Shown in pieces: positions 24,734 through 37,582 of a DNA stretch of 64,000 bases; position 1 is the stretch's first letter; every line of letters starts with the position of its first letter. Origin of the DNA: Trichosphaerium sp. ATCC 40318. Taxonomy: Eukaryota; Protista; Tubulinea. The notes below the pieces were generated by a model. That model had not been told where the DNA came from. It searched no databases and saw only the letters and a list, made by a program, of their open reading frames with translations. The stretch lies in assembly GCA_038496445.1 (NCBI GenBank), contig JALMLS010000403.1, positions 1-64,000 on the forward strand. The letters run 5' to 3'. A program made the position numbers and the translations under genes.

Positions 24734-26529
24734 ATGTCCAGTGATAAGAAGAGCGATGAGCGTACTGGTTCGTTTAATCCAATGGAGTGGGATGGAGAAT
24801 TAGTTCTAGACCGCCTACACGCACGATTCATACTGAAAGTAATATCTGGGTTGCTTAGTACGCGTTTTAGTGTAATTGAGCTAATTTTTTTATAGCCGGT
24901 TTTTTATTGCTTGTGTTGCTATCTTCGGCATTCGTGAAGCATAATACAGTGACAAGGACTAGTGATACGTCATTGATGCCACTACCGAAGGTAAAATCGT
25001 TGTATGCTATCGCTTTGTAGTAAAAACATCCCAACAGGACATTCCGCCTCTAAACGCTGAGAATTTTAAACTTCGTTACGATTGCCCAGAGGAGCCTTAC
25101 GTAAATAAGACACTAGAACCCTGGTACGCTTAAAACCGCACTTTACAAAATTGCAACGTGGTTTACAACCATAATCACTTTAAACTAACTCAATAAAGGT
25201 CTCACGTTGGTATTTCATCAGACCTCATAGCAGAGTCAGTAAAACAATGCCCACATTGCTTGAGAATCCAAGTCATAGATAATAAAGTACTACAAAAGCG
25301 GTTTTTTTTTCTCAAAAAAAGTTATTCTTACTCTTTGTTAGTTTTACGTCCTGAACCATTACAAGCTCATTGCAAAATTACCAAAACGTGCCAAGTACGT
25401 TTATTACACAATTGGCGCAGATATTGTGTCACATCAAATCACGTGTTTGATGTGAACAAGCGTTTTGAAGACAGTAACAAGATGCTTACTTTTTTTTCAA
25501 AATTAGACATATTAAACAATTAGAACGTCTCTTGTTGGGTATAAGCAAAGTTGTGGAGATACCTGATCTTGATATTTTATTTAATATACTGGAAGTACCC
25601 GTTATACACCGTTCAGACGCATACAATGCCACTCAACCACCACCTGTTGTTGCATCATACATGTCATCTAAAAAATTATATTATGATATTCATGTGCCCA
25701 ATTACGCCACAGAGTTATCTGATGAGCTTCTTTTGGATAGCATTGTAGCAAGTAAATATATCAAAGTAGAAGATAAGAAAGATGAAGCGCACTGGCAAGG
25801 TAGACTATTGACACAATGCAGCTCTGGTACCAAGAAAACTTTTCCGTCTTTTTTCCTGTTTTTAATGGTCAATAATAGGTTGGAGTAACCATACAGCTGT
25901 AAAGATAAATGCTCTACATGAGAAAGAAAGTCCAGTTAATATAAGGTTCTTACACGATGACTATTGTGATCAGGTATGAGACATCTCTTTAATGTTAAAA
26001 AAAAATTCTTATTCTTCTGTTAGGATATTGTTGCTGCTATTCGCGGCCGTGGGATAACTACAGTAGATCCTCTATCATTTAAACAACAGCTTGAGTTTAA
26101 GTTTATTCTTTTTATTGGCGTTGATCGTCTTGAATCTCAACTCATTAGATTCCTTGCGTCAAACAGTGTTGTTATGAAAGATCCACTTGGATTTGAAGAG
26201 TGGTTTGAACATAAACTTGTAAATGGAAAACACTGGATTGTACCAGATGATTTTGCTTCTAGTGTTGTTTTTAACCTTGATAGAGCATTAACGTACGTGT
26301 AGCAAGAGTAGATAACGTTTTACTTACGGATATTAGTGATCCTCAATCGTTACTTAGTATGGTAAAGGCTTCCACTGAATTTGCTGTTACGGAGTTGAAT
26401 GGCGATGTTATACGATGTTATTGGCATCAAGTATTATCAGAGTATTCCAATTTGCTCAAGTTCAAAGTAGAGAAAGATTCAAATGCCGTCACGCTCGAAA
26501 AGGCGTTAGAGAAGCCTATCAAGTTTTAA
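24734..26529 (+). CDS. Glycosyltransferase family 90 (CAP10/POGLUT/KDELC-like), type II membrane protein
   Basis: N-terminal TM; LRIQVIDNK, PDLDILFN, DIHVPNY, EDKKDEAHWQG, FLASNSVVMK..FEEWF..L..GKHWI, CYWHQVLSEYS. Confidence 0.75.
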
Positions 26530-26927
26530 AACAGTATCCTTTAAAAAAAAACCACAACGCTTATCAAGAAGAAGACACCACTGACAAGGGTAACTGGAAA
26601 AGGTTGATATAGTGCCACTAAAAAGCTACTAAACGAAAACGCACGAGAATAAGACATCGATGACGTGACTGCCATTGAGAAGGTATTGCTACAATTTTTT
26701 ACAACAGTAGCAAAAGACAAATGCTGGATTGTTATCTTTGAATAAATGCCTTTAAAATATGTCTACTGATTAGTATGTCAGTTACTTGCTTAGCGTCTGA
26801 GCGTGGCCGTACTTGTATTTTCGGAACATATTCTGGAACGTGGAGATAGTCGCTGAACCAGGTTGCCTTAGAAAAACAAGACTTAAACTCGGAATTTTTT
26901 GTACCAATGCGCAAAACAACGTAATTC

Positions 26928-29900
26928 ATGTCGGAAGTACTTGAAGATTATTTTGGCATTGCCGAAGGCATAGAATACTTCTGGAATAGCCAATTTGATG
27001 ACGCTGACGCGTTCTTTAAAATAAAGGCCACGCAAGAGCCACTACATTGCTTTCACTACGCGGAGGTACGCGTTGGTAATACGGAAACGAATTTTGACGT
27101 TATTATTCCAAATTATTGTCCGCAATTGTGTGAAATATTGTTAAATCGCACTAGGTCGCTTTATTTCGTGCTATCTTTACTGAAGAAGAAAAAGACGCCA
27201 AAGAGGCCTTAAAACGATTAGGAGAGGCAGAATCTTTGTTTAATACGTTGAGTGGCGGTGGTAGCTTAGTTGTACGTTAATCTAGATCACATATTCTTTG
27301 TAGAATTGGCGAAAATTTGAGAAAGCTAACACTAAAGTGTCAAGCTCCTTTGTTCTCTTAGATAATAACGCCATTGTCTAGAAAAGCGTTTGGAAAGCAT
27401 TTGGTGGAGTTGATGACACCAAACGCTCTGATGAGCAGAAACAAGAAAGAGCAATGTACAGTGCTGTACGTTGCAGTTTTTTGTTTAGTGGATTTTTTTT
27501 TGTTTACTTTTTCGGGTAGGCACTTGCCGATATTTATACTGCCTATGCTATCCTTTATTTACGTCGTGGTGTATATGTACGTGCGGCTTATAATGTAAGA
27601 AGAAGCTGGAAGGCTTATGAAAGCGCTGGAAAGAAGTATAAGCTCAAAATGCATGACTTTGATCCCAAAGAAAAAAAGGTACATTGCTTTAAACAATTTT
27701 TTTGTTCTGATATTTGTTTTCATTCGTTGATATCTTTTTTGTAGGAATATTCTGAGTTGAGTCCTTATGATAAATACAGAGATAGTATGTTGCATGCTGG
27801 TATAGGCGGATTTTATTTTTTCGTAAGCCTAGTACCTTCGAGTTTTACATGGATCATTGAGGCGCTTGGATTTAAGGTACAAGTTGTTTTTAAGTGATTT
27901 TTTTTCCTGCCTTTGTTGTGACTGTGGCCTTTTGGTTTTGTTTATTATGTATTGAATTATGTCTAAGGGTAACCGTACACTCGGTATTGAACTATTAGAG
28001 TCTTGTATGAAGAGCGGAGGACACCGTGCACAGTTGGCATTGTTGCTTTTAATTTGGATCTACCAGTTTTTTTTAAGTGACTGGGATACAACTGAAAGGC
28101 TTCTAAAGGTTGCAGAGGATAGATATCCGTACGTTTTAATCCTTTAAAAAATCACCAACGACAGCAATATCTTGTACAAACTTTTTCGAAAAAAAAAAAT
28201 AGTCAACGTCACGTGACGTGCCATGAGTCATTATTCGTATCCTTTTTCATTTGACAAACTTGTATATTTTGGCTATCACCTTTTACCCACGAGGTTTTTT
28301 TGCAACTAGTAGAGAATTCTATTTGTTGTCCTCACTTCTGTTTTAGGAACGGAGCCTTGTTTTTTTATTTGGGCGGTTATTATAAACGTAAAGTTCGTGA
28401 TCTAGATGGAGCCGAAGCGTACTTTATACGTGTTCGTGATTGCTCAGCGCAAGTACGTCAAGTACAGCTGAATTCGCTCTACGAACTCGGATGGACTGTT
28501 TATTATAAATTGGACTGGAAAAAAGCAATAGAATACTTTGAAGGATTTCTAGCAGGTATGTCTTATTTGGAGGGTTTATTCTTGCTCACAATGATTGTTT
28601 AGAGTCAACAGCACCTAGTTTCAGAGCTTATTGCGGTTATCAACTTGCTACATGCTATATAATGACAGATGAAAATGAAAAAGCTAGAGTAATATTTAAG
28701 AAGATTTTGGATGGTCACTGGGTCAGAAAGGTACGTGTTTTATGAGGTTAACATTTAGTTTTGTACTACTTTAACATCTAATACAAACTAGCATTACTCT
28801 TTTGACCAGTTTGCTGGGCGTAAAGCGAAAGAGTACCTAGCTTCAGATGGGAAATTTACTGACTTTCAGAAGTTGATGATTAAAGTCACTGTACAAAACA
28901 AAGCTTTCTTATTCGCTGCAAGAGATACTCTAAAGGAAGCACAAGATATGATCGATTCAGGTATGAGGCCATTTACATTACCAATGATAAACTCAACTCA
29001 GTTAAAGCAGTTGAATACATGTTTTTTTCCTCCACCAACCAATTGCACTACTCACCTTTCCTTTAGGCGTAGATATTGAGATTGACGATTTGGGTATCTT
29101 CTACTATGAGAAGGGATTGAACTCTCGCCAACTAGGAGATAATGACGAAGCTAAGCAGTATTTTATGGTAAGCTCATTTCGAGGTAACACTTGAAGCTTA
29201 CTAAATTAATTGTCCTTTTAGAAATGTTTTGCTCTTGAAGACCAAGAACTTAAACGTGAATTCTATGTTCTTCCTCATAGTTACGCTGAGTGTGCAGAGA
29301 TACTACTTGAAGAAGGTGACCTGAAGAGTGCTAAGAAGTTCTTTGTGAAAGCAAGAAAAGGATACACAAACTATGTACGCAAACTTATACTTTACTGCCT
29401 TAAACTGACTTCTTCTTTGTGTAGGACTTTGATAAACCACTTGTTAGAAGACTAGGTAAGTAGATTAGTACATGTATAATCCCGTGATTGACTGAGATTT
29501 CAGAGAAATGGCTTGACGATATTAAGAAAGGAAGAGCACTTGAGAAAGCAAAACAAAAAGCAGATCAAAGAAAGAACCTCAACAGTAGATACACTAAAAA
29601 ACAAGGTCGTAGTACCACATTGGATAAAGGTTCTGATGATGCTGAAACTACACACTCATCTGCATCTGGGGTTAGGTCTCTTCTTTTAGCATAAAGCTTA
29701 TTTGAACCAATAGGGAGGCACAGTGAGCATGACTCGAGAAGTGTTGTCTTTGAGCACACCTCCACATTTCATAAAGCCAATTGATCTAGATGAGCCTTTA
29801 GAAGGTAAAGTCATCGAAGTTCCACCTGTACAAAGTCCAGAAGAGTCAGAATCAGACGAGTTCTTCTCAGCAGACGAAGGTACAAAAAAATTCTTCACAA

Positions 29901-32128
29901 AAAAAAAGTTGCTTAAGTTTGTAGGGAGTGATGTTGATGTGGATGATGTCACTATAGTAAAACATGCGCACCAACCTGATACAAATGTTAGCAGACAAAC
30001 ATTAATACCTATTATTCCAAACTAACTTAAATAAATTCAAAAAAAGGCAATCGAAGTAGCAATGAACAAACTTATAGATGATATTCATACTGATGATTAT
30101 TCCACAACAGAAAGTACTCTTCCTAGACCACTAGAAAAGGATGAAGAGGTAAATACTGATAACCACGTGCTCGTTTATATATGACTTACATTGAATAATA
30201 AAAGCTAAGCACCGAGTACAAAAAACAACAGGAGCTAGATAAGCAACTTGATCAATTGGTCATGTACAAAAAAAAAAAAAAAAAAAAAGTAATAAGGTTG
30301 ACTTATCGTTATTAAGGCAAATGCTTGGATCGCAACTTCTTGATATCAGAGTACACTGGCTCTTTTTAAAAGTTTATTATATATCATATACGGTCTTATT
30401 GTTATTAAGGAGCATACATTACGTTTGAGGTCACATGCTTCATGCTTTTATGGTACAAGTCAAAAAGTTTTCAAGTGTCAAACATTTTTGTTTTACAAAA
30501 AACAAAGGCATTAACATGGTCATGGCTCTTGTTGATGAACTCGGTTTAAGTCAGAAGGAAGCATTAGAAACTGGCCAAGTAAGCTGTCAGCTAATTATAG
30601 TTACTATTAACGAGCAACGTCTAACACTAACACAACAGCTGTTGTTGAGTAATCATCGCATTCGTGAAGTTGCACACTCTAGTGGTTTCAAAGCAGAAAA
30701 GTTACTTTACCGCTTTCAGGCACCACACATCCTCCCTTGACTATGGTTTTACTCATCTACTTGGCTAGGAACATGTCAAGTCTACTGCTCTTAATATGAG
30801 CAAGCTTTGGAGCTTACCTCCTCGTCGTGCAAAATATGTTCTAAAATCTCTTAATGAGAGAATGTATAAATTGTATGAACTTTTTCTTTCATCAGATGGT
30901 CTTCATCTTGATATAGAAAACTTTGGGAAAAGTTCTCATTTTAGAGAGTTTAAGCTTGCAACAGCAGAACTACAAACGGTATGCCATTTATTCATCGTAG
31001 AAGCGAGAATTTTTAATATGAACTTCAAACTTAAAAAAAACCTACAATTTAGATTGACATGCAAAGTATGACAAAAGAGTTACGACTTGCTTTTTTTATA
31101 AATATGTACAATATTTTATATATCCATGGAAGCGTGGAGATAGGTACTTGGGTTTTTTTGAAAAAAAATTTATTCTAAAGGAGGGTGTTGACTTTTTTTG
31201 GAAAGGAGTTCCTCAAGGAAAACTTGGAAGACGATCTTTTTTTAGAGATGTTGCTTACAGAATTGCTGGGCAAGATTATAGTTTAAATGATATTGAGCAC
31301 GGTATATTAAGAGGTATTATACCAACCCTTTCGTTTGCTGAAGTCAAAGTGAATGACGCAAGGCGGAAACTCTTTTTTTTTTCGAAGTTGATCTTTATAT
31401 TTAGGAAATAAAAAATCAGAGTTTTGGAACCTTTTCTCAACACAGTTCAAGTCTTCAGACCAAAGAAGATTATTCTGTATTACACCCACAGATCCAAGGA
31501 TACACTTTTGTTTGAATGTAAGTTTACAGTATTGTTGTGTCATTGACAGCGTGTTCTTTAGTGTGGTGCTGAATCTTGTCCGCCTTTGAGACTTTATTCA
31601 CCAGGTACATCACTGCTTTATTTTGGAATTGTGATATCACGTGATAGTTTGTTTTTCTTACTCGTCTGTTTAGAAGATATTTATCCTGCTCTCCAATTTG
31701 CTGGAGAGAAATTTTGCAGTGATCACGTTAAAATAGATTTAAAAAAGAAAGAGGTAAAAAAATAGGGAAATCACATTTTTAAACGCTTAAAAAGTCTCAC
31801 CACTCTTCTTTCCCTACCCACCCCATGAGCATTAAAATAGAAGCGCTAATGTTCCTGCGAGGGGTGAGGGATATGAAAAATGAGAATTTGTTGATGGGAT
31901 TGTTAGATGATAAGTTTTAATTTTTTTTTTCCTTAGATTGTTCTATCAAAAATTTTCAAATGGTATCGAAGCGATTTTGCTAAGTCTGATCGAGAGTTTT
32001 ATGCTTATATCGCAACTTTCTTGGATGAAGATAAAGCACTAAAATTAGAAGAGCTTTTATTATATAATTTTTCTGTAAAGTATGAAGAGTACAGCTGGAG
32101 GAGTGTTTACCAAAAAAGGAAAGAATAA
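26928..32128 (+). CDS. TTC39/Iml2-like TPR domain fused to DEP and DUF547 domains
   Basis: FWNSQFDDA, YVRAAYNVRRSWKAY, SLVPSSFTWIIEALGFKGNR, YDFDKPL (TTC39); CFMG..MV...EALETGQLLL...LYRF (DEP); LAFFINMYN, SLNDIEHGILRGN, DPRIHFCLNCGAESCPP, SKIFKWYRSDF (DUF547). Confidence 0.8.
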
Positions 32129-32372
32129 TACCAAAAAAAAAAAACAAAGAAAAAAAAAATTAGATTTGTACGACATTATGTAACTTGGGCGCATAATAAT
32201 TTGAGTATTGTATTAAAGTAACGATTAAAATTAAGTCCTTTATTGAAATAAAAAGTGTTGATCCAAGGACACCGCACATGATAAAATTTTCTCCTTTGAA
32301 AAAACATTACAATTTACATCTTTGGAGGTTCTCCATTTTGCCAGTCTGTGACAGCTGTTATATCTTTATTTT

Positions 32373-33103
32373 TTACATTCTTGGCCCTAAGAATGTTTGT
32401 AAATATGTATTAGATATGATTGAACCATACCAACCCTTATCATATCCATGTACACGAAGCACTTGTTCATTTGTTTCTGGGCAAATTAATGTTCCTCCAT
32501 TATTAGCCCAAGATATCTTTACTTTCAATAAGAACAATCACACCTTTACTCGAAACAACGTACTATACCACCATGAAGATTAAGAGCATACTTTCTTATA
32601 TTGGCAGGTAGACTTAAGTGTGGTTAAGGCCGATGAAGAAAGGGCTGTAAAACTTACGTTGAAATGGCTCGCGAGCTTCTGTAACCAACTATTATCGGTT
32701 AAAAAGTTTTCATTAGGCGCCGCGTACCTGCACAATACACAGCAATGAGCGGCACGTTCGTTGTGTTGTTCGCGTTTATTTTCTCATCTATAAACGCTGT
32801 GACGCTATCAACCGCCATTAAATCATCATTGGGACTAACACGAACTGCATCTGGAATTGTAGAAACGTTTTGCTCATCAGGCTTGTGAAAAGCTAAGATT
32901 TAACATGTACACGCGCGCGTACCTCTCTGACATCAATAAGAAGCACATCACAGTTAGGATCACCTATTCTTTTCTCAAGCTCTTTCGCTCGTATCTCCTT
33001 CGCACCAAAACGTAACGCAAACGCTGTTTGTAGCATTATTAAGTAGTTTCAATCGACAAACCATAAAAGTACCTGCAACCATCATGTCATAGCCCCAGCT
33101 CAT
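32373..33103 (-). CDS. Single-domain rhodanese-like protein
   Basis: LLIDVREPDEQNVSTIPDA, active-site loop YCAVGYRS, NLHGGI.SWAN, RVHGYDKGW. Confidence 0.85.
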
Positions 33104-33219
33104 TGTTGGCGTTAATGAAGTGTTTTTGACAGAAGTTGACTTGCCTTTTTTTTTATTTGGCGTCAGAGCACGTGTTTTATTATCAAAAACAGTAGGTTTT
33201 TGTTGCAATGTTTTTTTAT

Positions 33220-34532
33220 TTAGGTCATGCAGCATCCTTTATCAGGCCACAGAAGTGGCATACATCTACAAGTTTTACCTCCGGTGTGATGATGGTGTTT
33301 GTGGTGGTGCTTATGGTGCTTATGGTGCTTATGATTGTGATGCTTGCGACCGTGGTGTTTGTGACCATGGCGTGTATGAGTTTCATTGTTCAAAGTCCGC
33401 TTTGTTGAATCTTGAAAGTAACAATTGGAAGGCACCTAGTGTTCATGTTAATTGATTTAGTGTCATAAACAAGGTTTTACAAACCTCAAATTGATCTAGG
33501 GCAGGTGGTACAGTACTCCATGTTTCTACATTTAGCACCATGGATGATTTAACGCCATTCATCCATGTGTTTTGAACCTTTAACAAAAATTGGAATAAAA
33601 ACCTTTTTGTCTCTACAACTTACAAGGAGGGTGATTGTATCTGTTCCTTGTACTATTGTTTCTTTGGAAACTTCATCTCCATTGTAATACGCTATTAATG
33701 TATCAATAACCAACAACTTTAAAATGGTTAAACAATTCTCAACATTTTTCTATCTTTTAGTCAAAGGGGTAAGTCTACCTTTACAGCTCTGAGTCCAGTT
33801 TCCTTCGCTCTTTAAGTATGAAGTAAGCTTTGATTGCATACATATTTATGAGTCGCTTGAGGGCAGGGTAAACTACCACACCCAGAATAACAAAACTTTT
33901 AAACCTTTCAAAAAATTACAACGTACTTCAAGCCACTCCGCACATAGTACACAATTATGTGACTCTAGATCGCAAGAAGTTGTAGTATAACCATAACATT
34001 GCTGTATAAGTATGTAAGACTATCACCAGCGAAAAATATAAAACCACACGCGGTTTGGTAAATTGTTAAACTTTTCAACTTTTTTCAACGGAGAATTCTC
34101 AACTAACAACACGAATATGTATGTCACGTACAGATCCTGTATCAGTCCACATATCACAGCTATTCTAAAATCGAAATTAAAACTAATTTAAAAACCATAG
34201 TTGAGCACTAGAGACAACAACAGAAAAAAAGAAAAAAAAAATAATAAAAAAGGTACCCCATCTGGGTCCTCAAAATACCAATTTTGATAACCGCCACAGT
34301 CCTGGTCGATATATACAGCTGTATTCTTTTTTCCTGAAGATAATTGTTCAAAACCCACGTGACCAGAAATATCTTCAAAACCGTCACAAGCAGTATAAAG
34401 CGTTCCAGTGAAAGTAAAATTCGTGAAACTAAAGCTTGGTGGTATGAGTTCTGGAACCAATCCAGATACCGCTTTAGTTTGGAAAAGTAGAATCACATAA
34501 ACCAAAATAAGCCGTTGGTGCAAAATCGCCAT
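33220..34532 (-). CDS. Secreted Cys-containing protein, ependymin-related-like, with His/Lys-rich C-terminal tail
   Basis: Signal peptide; ends ...PPALDQFEVPSNC (F-x-V-P-x-x-C as in ependymins), then RHGHKHHGRKHHNHKHHKHHKHHHKHHHH and CRC...CC. Confidence 0.55.
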
Positions 34533-35043
34533 TAAATTCTAGACTGTTATTACAGGTTGGAAAGTATTTTGAACTATTCTTGATTTGACTTAAAACAGTG
34601 GATATATCTAACTTAACACTCACCGTTTGGTGTTTGTACCAACCCCTCTGCAAGAAGGATGAGGCGAATGCCAGCTTCAAGAAAACAAGAAACGAACACG
34701 TGTCGCCAAACGTAAGCGATATCAACGACTAAACTGTTACATAACCTTAAAAGCTAGGCACGCATAGTGCTTACAGAACGAGCTGACTTCTTAGTACAAC
34801 TACGACATACTTGAGATTAAGTAAATTTTTGTGTTGCACAACTGGTAGCTAACACAAGGGCCCTGACCACTGGTTCATGAACCAACACACTCTAATAGTT
34901 AGAACGTCAGAGTCAATATTAGCGTACATGTTTATTGAAGGTCGTAGAAATCCTCATGACGCACAGCGTTTACACTAACTCACACGGTGAAACGCTTTAG
35001 TATACAAACGGCCAATGCCCAATCGCTACATGGATTGATTGCT

Positions 35044-35500
35044 TTACACTTGCTTCCAAAATGCATAGTGAAATTCGCAATCTGAACTGTCATCTCGTAT
35101 ATTGTGAAGCGCTTTTGGACAGATTACAATGCTATCGTTCTCTGTCAGAGTGTATGTTGCGTCTTGCATGAGACTTAATTGAGGAGCTTTCCAAACGACT
35201 ATTGCAGACATACGTTAAAACCGGAATAGTGATGACTGAACGTCAGTTTTTTGCGTACCTACACGAAGCTGACCTTTTGTAACATGTAAAACGCCCCATA
35301 CGTGACCTGCAGTGTGGTTCATTGTTCTCAAGCTGCTTGGTATTGTTTGTTTGGTGTATTTAGCTGTTTTATTAGAATACGCTATTGTTTTCGCTGACAC
35401 TAGGGCTGTAAAGTCAGTAACCCATTTTGCAGGCCCGTGTTGCGTCATCTGTACTGTAAATAGTAACTGACGATCATACCACCAACTGACGGTCAACGTG
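35044..35500 (-). CDS. DUF1971 (YeaR/TehB N-terminal) cupin domain protein; 5' exons unresolved (may extend to ~35811)
   Basis: TAKYTKQTIPSSLRTMNHTAGHVWGVLHVTKGQLR followed by VICPKALHNI...CEFHYAFWK. Confidence 0.65.
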
Positions 35501-35973
35501 AATCAAGCCATCCATGCTACGATATAGGTGGTATGACAGCAACAATATCTGATTAAGCAGTTTGCAAATTGAACCAATAAACCTAAAGAGGCCCAAATAC
35601 CATCAACTTTTTTATTTGTCTTGAACATCCAATTCATAAAGAACGCTGTGAGAGTATCAATTTTGTAGTAAGAATAAGAAACAGTTTACGAGCTTAGTGC
35701 GTAATGCAACAGGACCAGTGAGTGACTAGAAGTGTGTCAAGTGTACTTTTATGATAAAATCGCTGGTAAGGCAAGGAAGTGCACTGTGTGGGGTTTTTCA
35801 TTAGAAGCCATGTGTCGCTGGACCTCCGAGATTCAAGCAATTTAAGTTAATGACTGTAACAAAAATTGCACACAGTTCGTTGTCACCAAACTAAACTCAA
35901 GTTCATACTACTTACTAGGTACACAAAAAGGTGCAACAACCTCTTTGTTGTTGCAAAGGATATTCTAGCAAAA

Positions 35974-36006
35974 TTTTTTTTTTTTTTTTTGTTTTTTTTT
36001 TTTTTT

Positions 36007-36037
<31 letters not shown>

Positions 36038-36044
36038 TTTTTTT
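35974..36044. repeat. Periodic (T16-18 G)n tract
   Basis: T17 G T17 G T16 G T18 read directly from the sequence. Confidence 0.95.
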
Positions 36045-36360
36045 ACATTCTCGGGCTTCCGCCTTCGAATGCCATTTTTGCTAGATCTGTGTCATAGCTG
36101 GATATCATTATGATATTTGATACGCCTGTAGGTGGGTAGTAGAGGTCTTCTACCTGTGGGTCCCAAGTCAGAGCGTATGTGTAGTTTGGTCTGGTAGAAA
36201 CCAGGATGCTTTTAGGGACTGTGACCGTGACTTTAATCACTAATGGTCTGCCCAGGAGAGAATCGTATTTTTTACGAGCGTACTTTCGCACTGCTCGGAG
36301 TAGTCTTGACATGTCAAGCAGAAGTATAGATATTATAGTTGTAGTATTCGTATGCTTCCA
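35974..36360 (-). mobile_element. 5'-truncated retroposed fragment (non-LTR retrotransposon 3' end or retrocopied transcript) with patterned poly(A) tail
   Basis: Intronless ~105-codon open frame whose TAA runs directly into A18-C-A16-C-A17-C-A17; more GC-rich than the flanks. Confidence 0.6.
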
Positions 36361-37582
36361 CTAGATAAAAAATCGATTTTCCTTTTAACCAAGTAATTTC
36401 TTATTGCAAAAAAATTGTGGTTTGCTACGGTTTTTGAGAAAACCGAGCTAATACGTTGTACACGGTAATTGAAGCATATCAAGTCCAATCGTTAGTAAAA
36501 ATACGGATTTCGATGTTGGGTTTTAAGATGTGGAGTTATGAAGTAAATCGAGAGTGGCTTGTTGAGAAACAAATGTGAAAAAAGTGAAATTCGAAAAAAC
36601 ACTTAAATGCAACTTACAGTGGTTTCTGCGTTCCCGTGTGGTGTATCCTACGCGTATTTTGACACTATTCTATATTTACAATGGATAGAAAGTCAACGAA
36701 AAAAAATAAGAACCGAGAATTTGCGTAATCAACCTTTATTTACTAGTGGTATGTTATTAACGTAAAGCAAGGTGTTTTTGTGTTGTTTTGATCTCAAAAA
36801 AGGTGATCTTTCTGTTGTAGCTTCTCTCAAATGCTTGTCGCTCAAAACATGGCCCAATTTTATAACGTAAATGAATCATAGCGTTGGTGACGGTTTGAAC
36901 CAGGTACCTGCCTTTTCGGTTCAAAAAAAACGTGATCGTAACGTTACCGATTTTCTGTTTACTTTTGCTCTAAAACCAGCTTGTTTCTAATATAAGAGAT
37001 ATTCGTACTACTGTGATGCCACTGTAACCTTTTTGGCGCTCGTTCAATTCAAAATAGCGTATGCCTTTCTTTTGTAGACTCTAATGCGTTAGCGTGAGCC
37101 ATTACGTGTACCTCTTAGGTTCACGGTCCTTTAAAGCTCTTTTTAGCAGGTTCTACGTGAACCAAAGTGATCACAGTTAAAAAGCGGTTCATCAGCTTGT
37201 CGTGACAACTCATAGAATATTCGCGCTTCCGTGATCCGCATTATGCTGATTGGTTACAATTTGGTATTTCGCACATGCTAAATACTGCCTAGGATCTCGA
37301 TAGACTTAGTTCGCTCACAACAGATACAATGCATGAATGTTCAAAGGCCTTAAGCCTCATTTCAGATAAGGCGGCACCTTGCATCGAATTTCAGCCTTAC
37401 ATATCCGTGTCTTCAGTTGTTTCCAGCTTAAAAAGAAACACGCGATTGTATTAAAGCGAAGAAAGCGAAGAAAAATACTAGCAACAGTTGTAAAATCTAC
37501 AAATCAATTTTATTCATGATAAGAAAAGAATTTGTCACCTTTCTCAAATTCTCTCTAAATTTTTTTTTTTACACGCCACCAT

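Noticed and set aside
35932-35954. Hairpin tgcaacaac-N-gttgttgca upstream of the T-run, resembling a rho-independent terminator
   Set aside because: Eukaryotic context, AT-rich stem, and the T-run is ~20 nt away and explained as a retro tail.
35866-36113. Plus-strand poly-Phe ORFs
   Set aside because: Translation artefacts of the T-tract (poly(A) tail on the minus strand).
35820-36700. tRNA gene as retroelement target (as for Dictyostelium TRE elements)
   Set aside because: No A-box, B-box or cloverleaf recognised by eye; tRNAscan-SE would be decisive.
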